Shown here piece by piece: positions 40,047 to 49,242 of a stretch of 64,000 nucleotides of DNA. The stretch covers positions 635 through 64,634 of the forward strand of contig JBBTSO010000001.1 of NCBI GenBank assembly GCA_038064695.1. Direction: 5' to 3'. The translations under genes and the position numbers were made by a program. The notes beneath the pieces are model-generated. The model was given only the letters and a program-made list of their open reading frames with translations, was not told the origin of the DNA and did no database searches. The DNA is from Patescibacteria group bacterium. GTDB taxonomy: Bacteria; Patescibacteriota; Minisyncoccia; Phycocordibacterales; Phycocordibacteraceae. Numbering within the stretch: position 1 is the first letter of the stretch; every line of letters begins with the position of its first letter.

Positions 40047-41513
40047 TCAATCTACATGATGTTTGGCACGAATGGCTGAAACTGCTTCCTCCTCTTCCCT
40101 CTCGCGCGCATCTTTGCCACTCTCCCCTAATTTCTTCAGTTCGTCATCGGGTAGATCTGCGAGCGTGCGTGCGCGGTCGTGGAGAAATTCTTTAGTATTT
40201 TTTTTCGGATCCTCCAAAACATCTTCAAGAAGCGCATGGAGTGTCCAACCAATACGAGGCCCTGGTTTCATTCCGAGACTCTCCATTAAAAATGTTCCGT
40301 CAACGGCAAGCATTTTCACCGAAATGGGGTCGCGGAGCGCTTCCTCCACCATTGATTTATATTTTCTAAAACGGAACGGCTGCTCTTTTGGTCTCCCCGT
40401 ACCGATGCGATCACAAATACGAAGATTTAGTAAGTCCCAAATGTTTTCTTCACCCACATTTACGATCATGCGCCGCACCGCCGAGAGTGTAATTTGATCC
40501 GGGTCTGAGAAAAACATGTGCCACCGAACAAGATTCACCACCTTCTCAGAAAAATCTTTCGGAAATCTAAGGTCGGCAAGAATTTTTTTTGCCACTTTTG
40601 AACCAACGACATCGTGGCCATAGAACGTCCAATCTTTCTTTTCATCACTCCACCGACGGGTTTCCGGTTTTGAAATATCGTGGAGCAGTGCCGCAACGCG
40701 AATGATGAGCGGCCACTCTTTATCGGCACCATGCTGCATCGCGCGCACGTTGTGTTCAAACACGTCAAACGAATGGGCTTGGTTTTGTTCTACCCCAATC
40801 CCCCGCTCCAAGTCCGGCATGATGTATTTTAAAAGTCCGAGCCGTTGCGCGATACACAATGCCTGCATTGGCGTCGCGGTTTCTACCGTGCGAATAAGTT
40901 CGTCCCGAATGCGTTCTTTTGAAATACGGCTTAAATTGTCGGCATTTTCAAGAATCGCGGAAGCGGTTTCAGTTTCTATGGCAAAACCCAACTCTGCCGA
41001 GAGCCGCACGGCGCGCATCATGCGAAGCGCGTCTTCTTGGAAACGCTTGCGCGCGTCCCCTACCGCACGAAGTGTTTTTTTCTTTAAATCCTCCTGTCCG
41101 CTATGCTCGTCCACAAGGCTTTCATCCTTCAAACGATACGCAAGGGCGTTTACGGTAAAATCTCTCCGCTCAAGGTCATCTCGGAGTGTTTTAGCCCACA
41201 CTACTTCGTCAGGTCTGCGTGCGTCCGAGTACTTTCCCTCCATACGGAACGGCGTTACCTCAACTACCGCAAGTTTTTGATCCTCTGAATTTGTCTTTAC
41301 CCCTACCGTACCAAAATCATTTTCATAGAAAGAATCAGGAAACACGGTTTGTATCTGCTCTGGCGTAGCGTTAGTGGTGAAGTCCCAATCTTTGGGCAAC
41401 TTGCCCAGTAGTAGGTCACGTACGCACCCACCCACTAAGTAGGCTTCATACCCCGCTTCTTCAAGTTTTTCAGAAACAACACGCACTTCGTTCGGTACAC
41501 TTCCGATTTTCAT
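40047..41513 (-). CDS. cca: CCA-adding tRNA nucleotidyltransferase with HD domain
   Basis: VGGCVRD, DWD, RRDFTVN, EDALRMMR, LLHD; start moved because the track start overlaps a tRNA. Confidence 0.92.
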   Translation of the reverse strand: MKIGSVPNEVRVVSEKLEEAGYEAYLVGGCVRDLLLGKLPKDWDFTTNATPEQIQTVFPDSFYENDFGTVGVKTNSEDQKLAVVEVTPFRMEGKYSDARRPDEVVWAKTLRDDLERRDFTVNALAYRLKDESLVDEHSGQEDLKKKTLRAVGDARKRFQEDALRMMRAVRLSAELGFAIETETASAILENADNLSRISKERIRDELIRTVETATPMQALCIAQRLGLLKYIMPDLERGIGVEQNQAHSFDVFEHNVRAMQHGADKEWPLIIRVAALLHDISKPETRRWSDEKKDWTFYGHDVVGSKVAKKILADLRFPKDFSEKVVNLVRWHMFFSDPDQITLSAVRRMIVNVGEENIWDLLNLRICDRIGTGRPKEQPFRFRKYKSMVEEALRDPISVKMLAVDGTFLMESLGMKPGPRIGWTLHALLEDVLEDPKKNTKEFLHDRARTLADLPDDELKKLGESGKDAREREEEEAVSAIRAKHHVD

Positions 41514-41541
41514 TATGTTTATTGTGCCACGATTATTTTTG

Positions 41542-41613
41542 TGCACCTGCCAGGATTCGAACCCAGAATGGCTGTTCCGAAGACAGCAGTGATATCCATT
41601 TCACCACAGGTGC
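41542..41613 (-). tRNA. tRNA-Arg(TCG)
   Basis: GCACCTG/CAGGTGC acceptor; GCTGT-CTTCGGA-ACAGC arm; GTTCGAATC; no encoded CCA. Confidence 0.95.
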
Positions 41614-41718
41614 ATGATCCGTAACACTTCTATCCTACGCTAGAAAAGTATAAAAGAAAATGATTTTGGTAAAAAAATATAGATTTTTAGCGCGGAAGTG
41701 TGATATAAATAGGCAATC

Positions 41719-41789
41719 GCGGCCATGGTTAAGTGGTATAATGAGTCCTTGCCAAGGATTAGTCGGGAGTTCGATTCTCCCTGGCCGCA
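41719..41789 (+). tRNA. tRNA-Gly(GCC)
   Basis: GCGGCCA/TGGCCGC acceptor; TTGCCAA loop; GTTCGATTC. Confidence 0.95.
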
Positions 41790-41850
41790 CAAAGTTTAAA
41801 TGTAGAAAAAGAGCACAATTTTCAGTGCTCTTTTTTATATTTTATTAACT

Positions 41851-42317
41851 ATTTCACATGAAATGCGTTTCACGTGAAACATATTTATATGATAAACATA
41901 GGTGGATAACTATGTGGCCTTTGTGAATAAAGGACATAGAATGGTCTTATATAAAAAGTCGTCTTTAATAAAAATGGCTATAAATAAGGATATTCTGTAA
42001 TGGTCAAAAATTTTAATTTCACGTGAAACACATATGGCCATTCACAATGAGATAGGGGCTTCGGGTGAAAATATAGCGGAAAAATTTTTAAAATCCAAAG
42101 GTTTAGAGATTATCTGTAGAAACTATAGAAAGCCATACGGAGAAATTGATATCGTTGCACGTGAAAACGGAGTAATTCGTTTTGTAGAAGTAAAAACCGT
42201 TTCATATGAAACAGATAGAAAGCTTTCTGATGGAATACGCCCTGAGGAAAATATGCACCCTCAAAAAGTAAAGCGTTTACAGAGAGTCGTCCAATCCTAC
42301 GTATTTTCACATGAAAC
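41851..42317. promoter_or_regulatory. Cluster of parS-like palindromes
   Basis: CGTTTCACGTGAAACA 41866-41881 plus variants at 41851, 42016, 42198, 42304. Confidence 0.8.
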
Positions 42318-42411
42318 GGGTGAGTGGGTTTTTGACTTATTTTGTGTCTATATTGATCAAAAAACACGCTCTGCGCGCGTTAAATGGATAAAGGACATTG
42401 TTTTAGGATAG
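42034..42411 (+). CDS. yraN: YraN/UPF0102 family putative nuclease
   Basis: G..GE..A, NYRKPYGEIDIV, FVEVK. Confidence 0.92.
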   Translation: MAIHNEIGASGENIAEKFLKSKGLEIICRNYRKPYGEIDIVARENGVIRFVEVKTVSYETDRKLSDGIRPEENMHPQKVKRLQRVVQSYVFSHETGEWVFDLFCVYIDQKTRSARVKWIKDIVLG

Positions 42412-42443
42412 TTGTCCTTTAGAAAAAGGTAACAGCTTAGAGC

Positions 42444-42617
42444 TTAATCTACTTTTTCGTAACGATCACCTTTCAATACAAATTTGCTACTGGGAAAATA
42501 CATTGTCGGAGATAAGGTTGCCGGAATTAATAAAAGAATGAACAAACCGAAGGGACTGGTTATTGCCTCGCTTATGTCGTTCATTTTTTCGCCGAGATTG
42601 CTTAATAGTTCGCTCAT
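42444..42617 (-). CDS. Orphan 57-aa protein with hydrophobic segment (not in ORF track)
   Basis: MSELLSNLGEKMNDISEAITSPFGLFILLLIPATLSPTMYFP...; TTGACA upstream. Confidence 0.55.
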   Translation of the reverse strand: MSELLSNLGEKMNDISEAITSPFGLFILLLIPATLSPTMYFPSSKFVLKGDRYEKVD

Positions 42618-42744
42618 ATTTGTGTTTGTTCGATTGCTGCTTGTTATATAGTTTATATAACATTTTTAACACAAATTGTCAATTTTTAAGCACGGATAAA
42701 GAACTCTTTAGCTTTTTAAATACTGAAAATTATTTTACACATAA

Positions 42745-42955
42745 TCGGAGTGCAGGGAAGTGGCACTAACGTGTCCACACATCGGTCAAGCGCTCGCTCG
42801 TCGCCGTCGCTCCTCACTCCGCCTGACCACACTCGCATCGTCCCACCTGCTGGTGGGTCCCGCGCCGCTCACCTTCGATTCCCTGACACCCGTACAAGAA
42901 AACCCAGAGAATGCTTCGCATTCTCTGGGTTTATCTGTAGTCGGGGTGCAGGGAA
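42745..42955 (-). repeat. ~200-bp element bounded by tRNA-Pro 3'-end direct repeat
   Basis: TCGGRGTGCAGGGAA at 42745-42759 and 42941-42955 (14/15); inverted copy 42874-42892. Confidence 0.7.
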
Positions 42956-43011
42956 TCGAACCCTGTCTACTTGATCCCAAATCAAGCGTACTACCGGTAT
43001 ACGACACCCCG
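42941..43011 (-). tRNA. tRNA-Pro(TGG)
   Basis: CGGGGTG/CACCCCG acceptor; CTTGA-TTTGGGA-TCAAG; GTTCGATTC. Confidence 0.95.
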
Positions 43012-43125
43012 TAGAGAGGAAGAGAGTGGAAGTTTACTTACACCCTTTCCGAACGCCCGGGGTGCAAGCTATGCTTACACCCCGAGAATTATTAGAGAAT
43101 ACCATAAAATCGTTAAAAAATAACG

Positions 43126-43869
43126 TTAGACGCCTGTTTCTGGAAGCGAATTCCACAATGCTAAAAAGATACTGATTTGAGTTTTAACGATATCCTCATT
43201 TTCAATGGATACAGCCGTGATCGGATGAGTAAGTGAGTGGGTCACATACCGCTGCGGAGTGATGATTACGTCGGAAGAAAACGCGCTGAGCGAGGGTAGC
43301 AATTTAACCTTTTGATTCATGACACTCTGCAAGACTACATTGCGCCTTGCTTTCTTTGAATCTTGAAAAACAATACGCGTATCGAGTGCTCTTTTTGCTC
43401 GTCGTTCAACAAAATCCTCGAACCACACTTCGTCGAGTTCATACCAGTGTTCCTGTTTTGAAATAATGTAATACGGGTCACCTGAACGAAGTTCGCGCAG
43501 AATGGTTTCGTAAAGAGACTTTAAACCATCTAAACCTTCGTAGTACTTCACTAAACCCCCTTTGCCTTTTAATTTATACAACCCTAACAAGTCGGGAAGT
43601 AGGTCGTAATACGTTGTCCTGAGAGAATTGACCACATCTTCAAAATGTTCGGGGTTTGCGGCGACAAATTTTCTTTTAAGTCCCACGTAATCAACGTGCA
43701 TAAATCCTTTTTCCACTAATTGTTCAATCGTGAGGTACACGGTGGCTCGCTTGATGTTTGCCTCTTTTGCAATGTCGAGTGCAGACGACGGTCCAAGCGT
43801 GAGCGCCGCAAGATAAACGCGAGACTCGTGGTTAGATAAACCAAACACCTTTAGTTTATTTTCAAGCAT
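43126..43869 (-). CDS. TrmB-family wHTH transcriptional regulator
   Basis: GLSNHESRVYLAAL, IAKEANIKRATVY, VKYYEGLDGL. Confidence 0.88.
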   Translation of the reverse strand: MLENKLKVFGLSNHESRVYLAALTLGPSSALDIAKEANIKRATVYLTIEQLVEKGFMHVDYVGLKRKFVAANPEHFEDVVNSLRTTYYDLLPDLLGLYKLKGKGGLVKYYEGLDGLKSLYETILRELRSGDPYYIISKQEHWYELDEVWFEDFVERRAKRALDTRIVFQDSKKARRNVVLQSVMNQKVKLLPSLSAFSSDVIITPQRYVTHSLTHPITAVSIENEDIVKTQISIFLALWNSLPETGV

Positions 43870-43986
43870 AAATGTCAATTTTTTAAGACATTTTTATTAT
43901 ATATAAAATAACACTTTTTTACAAATTTCTAATAAAAAAATAACAAATATGACATATTTATGAAATAAAAATACAATGTAGTCAAT

Positions 43987-44682
43987 ATGAAAGAATACAA
44001 AGTATTAGGAATTATTACGATTCTGTACGTAGTATTTCAACTTGTTGCGGATGTTACTGCTGGAAAAATTATTCAACTCGGGATATTCACCGTATCCGCT
44101 ACGGCACTTTACTTTCCTTTTACGTACATTTTTGGAGACATCCTCACTGAGGTGTACGGATTTGCAAAAGCACGGAAGGTACTCTGGCAAGTGCTTGGCG
44201 CATCGGTGTTAGCGGGAATTATCTACCAAGTGGTAGTGCTTCTCCCTGCCGCTCCAGGATTTGAGGGGAGTGATGCGTATACACGCGTACTTGGGTCAGT
44301 GCCCCGTATTTTAGTTGGTGGGTGGCTTGCAGTATTCGTTGGCGCGTACCTGAACGATGTGATTATGGCGAAAATGAAAGTGCTCACTAATGGTAAACAT
44401 TTTGGTGCACGCGCTATTCTCTCAACTGTGGTGGGTGAGGGCGCGAACACTTCAATTTTTTATATGGTTGCACTTTTTGGTATTTTGCCGCATTCCATTC
44501 TGATTGCCTCAATTCTTTCGGGTTGGTTTTTGAAAGTTGCCGTAGAGGTGTTGATGGTTCCCGTTACTGCTCGTGTCGTTCACTACATAAAACGTATTGA
44601 ACAAGAAGATTATTACGACAAACAAACAAACTTTACTCCATTCTCTTTTGATGAAGCAACTACTGTTCCAGCACGGTTATAA
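43987..44682 (+). CDS. yhhQ: Queuosine-precursor transporter, YhhQ/VUT family
   Basis: FPFTYIFGDILTEVYG, PRILVG, RAILSTVVGE, IFY. Confidence 0.9.
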   Translation: MKEYKVLGIITILYVVFQLVADVTAGKIIQLGIFTVSATALYFPFTYIFGDILTEVYGFAKARKVLWQVLGASVLAGIIYQVVVLLPAAPGFEGSDAYTRVLGSVPRILVGGWLAVFVGAYLNDVIMAKMKVLTNGKHFGARAILSTVVGEGANTSIFYMVALFGILPHSILIASILSGWFLKVAVEVLMVPVTARVVHYIKRIEQEDYYDKQTNFTPFSFDEATTVPARL

Positions 44683-45835
44683 GCGCGGATGAGAGGGTGG
44701 GGGCAGTGGAAAGTGCAAACCGTTCTTGCTCCTCCTTAAGGCTCATCCCGAGATATGAAGCGAGCGGAAGGCCGCGCTCTGCTTCAAAGTCGCGAATAAT
44801 GTATTCGGTGGAAAGGGCACGGAGGTCACGACTCCCTGTGTCGGGAGCATCTGAAGAAGTGGTAATGAGCCCCAAGAGGGCAGCTCCGTTTGGGCTTGTG
44901 CTGTTCGCTTGAGCCGCCGCGCCACCACTTGACCCCTGTTGGGCAACAATGGATCCCCCGATTGAAAATAAATCAACGGTGTTGGTATCAAACGTATACA
45001 CTTGCCCCACACTTGCGTTTGCTGAAGCCGCGTAGAGTTCTTTTGTAATAGTAATGCCTCCCAAAAAACCAGCGGGGTACCCTGCAAGCAATACGGGTGT
45101 TCCTATGAGTGGCGCATCAAGCACAAGAGGGAGGTAGGGGAGTGCCGCGGGAACGGAATGCGAACCAACGGCCCCGGTGATACGCAGGAGTGCGTAGTCG
45201 TGTTCCCCATTCCCCGTGGGAGTTTCATCATCAATTTTGTGAGCATTTTTTGCAATCCACGAGGGGGGAAGGAACAAGAGTTCAGCTTTATAGGTCGCGG
45301 TCGCAGGACTTCCTGTTCGGAGTACACAATCTACAAAACCAGGCGAGGGGTAGTCTTTAAGAAGGTAGTACTGCGCCACGTGCGCGTTCGTGAGCACCAC
45401 ACCACGAGGATCAATGATAACTCCTGAGGCACTGATAGGGCTGAGCGTGCCCGCGCTTGCGGTGGTACATAGTATGTTCACGAGCGCGCTGCGTACTTTT
45501 TCGTTTAGTCCAAGCGGCGCTTCGGTCGGGGTTTGTTGTTCACGCTGAATACGCGCGAGTTCAAGGAGCGCCTGCTCTAATGATGCTTCATAATTTTCAA
45601 TTACTGTTTGTGATTTTTCTGATTCTTGTGAAGGAGAAGGCGTGGAAACGTCACGTTCTGACGTCTGTTCTTCTAATTCAGAGGTGAGGGGGGTGGTGTG
45701 AGGGACTGCAGTAACAGGGGTCGGCACTTTTACATCAGGGGCAACCGCATGGGAGGGGATGAGTCCAAAAAAAACTAAAATGCCCCCTAGAAGGGAGACT
45801 CCGAACAAAATTGCCTCTTTGAGAAAAACAAACAT
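44660..45835 (-). CDS. Membrane-anchored trypsin-like serine protease
   Basis: SGVII, LTNAHV, DYALL, GSSGG. Confidence 0.88.
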   Translation of the reverse strand: MFVFLKEAILFGVSLLGGILVFFGLIPSHAVAPDVKVPTPVTAVPHTTPLTSELEEQTSERDVSTPSPSQESEKSQTVIENYEASLEQALLELARIQREQQTPTEAPLGLNEKVRSALVNILCTTASAGTLSPISASGVIIDPRGVVLTNAHVAQYYLLKDYPSPGFVDCVLRTGSPATATYKAELLFLPPSWIAKNAHKIDDETPTGNGEHDYALLRITGAVGSHSVPAALPYLPLVLDAPLIGTPVLLAGYPAGFLGGITITKELYAASANASVGQVYTFDTNTVDLFSIGGSIVAQQGSSGGAAAQANSTSPNGAALLGLITTSSDAPDTGSRDLRALSTEYIIRDFEAERGLPLASYLGMSLKEEQERFALSTAPTLSSALITVLEQ

Positions 45836-45999
45836 GAAGTTAGTATAACGTTCCCTTGGAAAAAATGTTGGTATTGTTTTCTATAAGTCTATGCTACTGT
45901 AAATAGGTTCTTGGCTCTGCTCTAAGCATTGCTCAAGTCCAATTAGTAGCAATGCCTGTCTATAATGACAGGCGTTTGTTCTTAAAAAAAATAACTACT

Positions 46000-46098
46000 A
46001 TGTCAGACGACACAATGATGCCAGCAGGCGATATGCCAGCTACTGAAGCTCCAGCTGAAGGTGAGGTAATGCCAGCGGAAGAATCTCCGATAGCATAA
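46000..46098 (+). CDS. 32-aa acidic Pro/Ala/Glu/Met peptide (not in ORF track)
   Basis: MSDDTMMPAGDMPATEAPAEGEVMPAEESPIA; terminator 46106-46140. Confidence 0.55.
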   Translation: MSDDTMMPAGDMPATEAPAEGEVMPAEESPIA

Positions 46099-46162
46099 AT
46101 TATCATTAAAAATCCCCGTCACTCTGGCGGGGATTTTTAATTTAAGGTATTCTAAGAAAACT

Positions 46163-46233
46163 GCGGAATTAGTTTAATGGTAGAACATCAGTTTTCCAAA
46201 CTGATAGCAAGGGTTCGATTCCCTTATTCCGCA
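46163..46233 (+). tRNA. tRNA-Gly(TCC)
   Basis: GCGGAAT/ATTCCGC acceptor; TCAGT-TTTCCAA-ACTGA; GTTCGATTC. Confidence 0.95.
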
Positions 46234-46510
46234 CAAAAGAAAGAAAACATAAACTGCTTTATGTTTTCTATTACTTTTGTGGACCGGAGGCATATTTTGC
46301 TGTTGCAAAATAGCCGAGGTGGGGTCGAGCGCACTTAGTATTTTGCGAGAGTCCGCAGCAAAATACTTAGTGACGGGTGACCAAAACGAGGTAAAAAACG
46401 AGGCCGGCAATTGGGACGATTCCCTTATTCCGCACCGATACGAGCTTCGTACAGACACGTGTGTTTGTACGAACGAGCGAGGGCACGGGACAAGCTATGC
46501 TTATTCCGCA
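46216..46510 (+). repeat. ~200-bp element bounded by tRNA-Gly 3'-end direct repeat, plus third partial copy
   Basis: CGATTCCCTTATTCCGCAC at 46216-46234 and 46417-46435; TTATTCCGCA at 46501-46510. Confidence 0.75.
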
Positions 46511-46572
46511 CGGAGATGCGAGTAATTCTATTTTTGACAAAATCAATAAAATAATTCATAATGCAAAGAAGC

Positions 46573-46878
46573 ATGGCTTGGGGTGAAAATGATTCGCTGC
46601 GTCAAAACTTAAGTTACGCTGACCCGGGCGGCGGATGGAATCGCGGCAGTCGGGCAAACTCTGGCGGAGCGGGGAGATGGAATGCTCTCGTGATTGCTGT
46701 TTTGTCTGCTACCCTCACGTCGAAGTTGGTTGAGCCTCTCGTAGAGTTGCAATATAGAATGGATCACGGATATGGCTTTGATGGCGACGAACTAGTGTGG
46801 GCTCTTCTCTCAGGGGGAGGGGCTCTTCTCTCAGCAATGTTGTGTATAGCGGCAATTAGAACCGTTGTAAAAAAATAA
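46573..46878 (+). CDS. Orphan two-TM protein (start moved to MAWGEN)
   Basis: TTGACA(46534)-17-CATAAT; Gly-rich N-terminus; terminator 46877-46902. Confidence 0.7.
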   Translation: MAWGENDSLRQNLSYADPGGGWNRGSRANSGGAGRWNALVIAVLSATLTSKLVEPLVELQYRMDHGYGFDGDELVWALLSGGGALLSAMLCIAAIRTVVKK

Positions 46879-46915
46879 AACACCCCTCGCGAGGGGTGTT
46901 TTATAGTGGCGTAGT

Positions 46916-47188
46916 TTATTTAACCGCGTCTTTCAATGCTTTTGCGGGGCGAAATTTTGGCGTGCGCATTGCAGGAACCTGAATGGTTTCACCGGTGCGA
47001 GGGTTTCTGCCTTGGCGAGCAGGGCGCATTTTTGTTGAAAAAATGCCCAAACCTGCAACCGACACCTCGTCTCCCTTCTTGAGGGAACCAACAATAGTGT
47101 CAATAAGGGTTTCAACAACCTCCTCGGCCTGAGTTTTAGTGCCGCCGAGCACGTCCTGAACTTTTTGTGCGAGATCTGCTTTGTTCAT
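46916..47188 (-). CDS. hup: DNA-binding protein HU
   Basis: MNKADL, GLGIF, GRNPRTGE, PKFRPAKALK. Confidence 0.97.
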   Translation of the reverse strand: MNKADLAQKVQDVLGGTKTQAEEVVETLIDTIVGSLKKGDEVSVAGLGIFSTKMRPARQGRNPRTGETIQVPAMRTPKFRPAKALKDAVK

Positions 47189-47368
47189 ATGAATGGGGTT
47201 AGCGTACTAAATCGCCGCTCTTACATCTTTTGCTTCTGATTGAGGCAATCAAGTGGCGTTAAAGCATTATATATCCAGGGTCTTTTGACGCAAGCACCTT
47301 TCATTGACCTAAATTTTATAAGAAAAAGTATTGACTTTTAAAAAATATTTGCTAATATTTTATTTATT

Positions 47369-47686
47369 ATGGCGTACGATGGCGGAAAAGTTAACCGATT
47401 ACCTAACAGCACTGGCACAAACAGAAACAGCTATGCAGAGGGGCTACGAGCACTTGGTATAGTTGGCCTTTTTGGAGCTGTTGCTGCAGCACTTATCGGA
47501 ACAGGAGGTTTGGCAACCACAATTCACGGTCTGCAAGAAGGAATCTCTAGTCGAGTTGAAGACAACGATTTTATTATCTCTTTTGATTCTCACTTCATGG
47601 ATATCGCGGGGCTTGGAGCTGTAGGAACACTCGTGGCTGGAGCATTTATATATATGCTCTATTCAACTCATAAATATAAGGTTTGA
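47369..47686 (+). CDS. Orphan two-TM protein
   Basis: TTGACT(47331)-16-TAATAT; two Gly-rich hydrophobic helices; terminator 47686-47709. Confidence 0.72.
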   Translation: MAYDGGKVNRLPNSTGTNRNSYAEGLRALGIVGLFGAVAAALIGTGGLATTIHGLQEGISSRVEDNDFIISFDSHFMDIAGLGAVGTLVAGAFIYMLYSTHKYKV

Positions 47687-47712
47687 AAAACGCCCCTTTG
47701 GGGCGTTTTGTG

Positions 47713-49242
47713 TTAGCGGGCTATTTCTATCGTGCGGGTTTCGCGAATAATGTTTACTTTTATCTCTCCCGGATACTTCAATTCGTTTTGAATACGTTTT
47801 GCAATGGAGCGCGCCAGTTCACGTGCTTCAAGGTCTGAAATTTTTTCTGGTTCCACAAAAATTCTAACCTCGCGCCCCGCTTGAATTGCGTAGGCCTTGG
47901 CGACCCCCTCATAACTCTTTGCAATAGTTTCCAAGTCGTTGAGGCGCTCTAGGTAGCGCTCTACCGTGTCGCGCCGCGCGCCTGGTCTGCCCCCCGAAAC
48001 CGCGTCTGCCACCTGTACCAAAACACTTTCCAACGTTTCATACGGGTACTCTTCATGGTGCGCCTGCATCGCCTGAATGATGCGCTTATCTACACCAAAC
48101 TTTTCAAGAATCCTGCGACCAATTTCAACGTGCGTTCCCTCTACCTCATGGTCAACCGCTTTTCCAATGTCGTGGAGGAGTGCTCCGGCTTTTGCCACCT
48201 TCGCATCTGCGCCAAGTTCAGTCGCAAGCATCCCCGCGAGGTGCGCCATTTCAATTGAGTGCTGGAGTACATTTTGCCCGTAGCTGGTTCGGAAGTGGAG
48301 ACGCCCCAAGAGCGGCATCACCCGTGGGTCTAAGTCATGAAGCCCAACCTCGTACGCCGCTGCTTCTGCTTTTTCCTTCATCACCTTGGCTATTTCTTCC
48401 TTAGCTTTCACTACCACTTCTTCAATTTTTGCCGGCTGAATGCGCTGGTCTACAATCAGTTTTTCCAATGCGAGACGCGCAATCTGGCGCCTCACCGGGT
48501 CAAACGAAGAAAGGGTAATCATGCCCGGAGTGTCGTCCACTAACACATCCACCCCTGTGGCGCGTTCAAACGCGCGAATATTTCTTCCTTCTTTTCCAAT
48601 AATTTTTCCCTTGATGTCATCTGAGGGAAGGGGAACTGAGGTAGAAAGTGTTTCAGCATTCACTGAATTGCCGAGGCGGTGAATGGTGGAGGTTAAGATG
48701 TCGCGTGCTTTTGCCTCTAAACGCTCTTTCCCGTCAATTTCCAACTTTTGAAGACGTACGAGTATATCTTCTTCATGATTTTTACGGAGCGATTCAAAAA
48801 GTTCTTGCTTCGCCTCAGCTTCAGTCAGGCGCGCCACGGACTCTAGCTCTTTTTCGCGTGTTTCAATTAGCGCGTCCGCGCGCTCTTTTATGGTGCGCAC
48901 CTCTTGAATTTGCTCCTTTATACGCGTGGCTTCCTGGTCAATATCCAACTGGCGTTTATCAAGGTACGCTTCTTTTTCGCCAATGCGGCGGTCTTTGGCG
49001 AAGAGTGATTCTTCTTTTTCACGGAACTCTTCGCGGAGCTCGTTTTCAAGCTCGTGTGCTTTTTCTTCCGCGACATCAAGCACGTTTTTCGCTTCCTCTT
49101 TTGAGTCAAGGAGCATCTGTTTTATCTCCAACTCCACCGAACCCTTTTGGCCAAGAGAAACAAGCCACCGCAAGAAGTAGCCGATCAAGATCCCCAAGAT
49201 GCCGGCTAAGGCTAGGAGAACGAGTATTAATTTAAATGACAT
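47713..49242 (-). CDS. rny: Ribonuclease Y
   Basis: N-terminal TM, coiled coil, KH IIGKEGRNIR, LLHDIGK, PGARR. Confidence 0.98.
   Translation of the reverse strand: MSFKLILVLLALAGILGILIGYFLRWLVSLGQKGSVELEIKQMLLDSKEEAKNVLDVAEEKAHELENELREEFREKEESLFAKDRRIGEKEAYLDKRQLDIDQEATRIKEQIQEVRTIKERADALIETREKELESVARLTEAEAKQELFESLRKNHEEDILVRLQKLEIDGKERLEAKARDILTSTIHRLGNSVNAETLSTSVPLPSDDIKGKIIGKEGRNIRAFERATGVDVLVDDTPGMITLSSFDPVRRQIARLALEKLIVDQRIQPAKIEEVVVKAKEEIAKVMKEKAEAAAYEVGLHDLDPRVMPLLGRLHFRTSYGQNVLQHSIEMAHLAGMLATELGADAKVAKAGALLHDIGKAVDHEVEGTHVEIGRRILEKFGVDKRIIQAMQAHHEEYPYETLESVLVQVADAVSGGRPGARRDTVERYLERLNDLETIAKSYEGVAKAYAIQAGREVRIFVEPEKISDLEARELARSIAKRIQNELKYPGEIKVNIIRETRTIEIAR

Noticed and set aside
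41880-42030. oriC at the AT-rich parS region
   Set aside because: Only two DnaA-box-like 9-mers, no dnaA/dnaN, and highly expressed genes stay mostly on the minus strand on both sides.
42487-42672. Track ORF MLKMLYKLY (61 aa)
   Set aside because: Starts inside the promoter; the alternative frame 42617-42444 fits better.
42750-43014. ORF-track proteins of 73-84 aa
   Set aside because: Overlap tRNA-Pro and its repeat element.
46174-46525. ORF-track proteins 46174-46458 and 46277-46525
   Set aside because: Antisense to tRNA-Gly or inside the repeat element; no expression signals.
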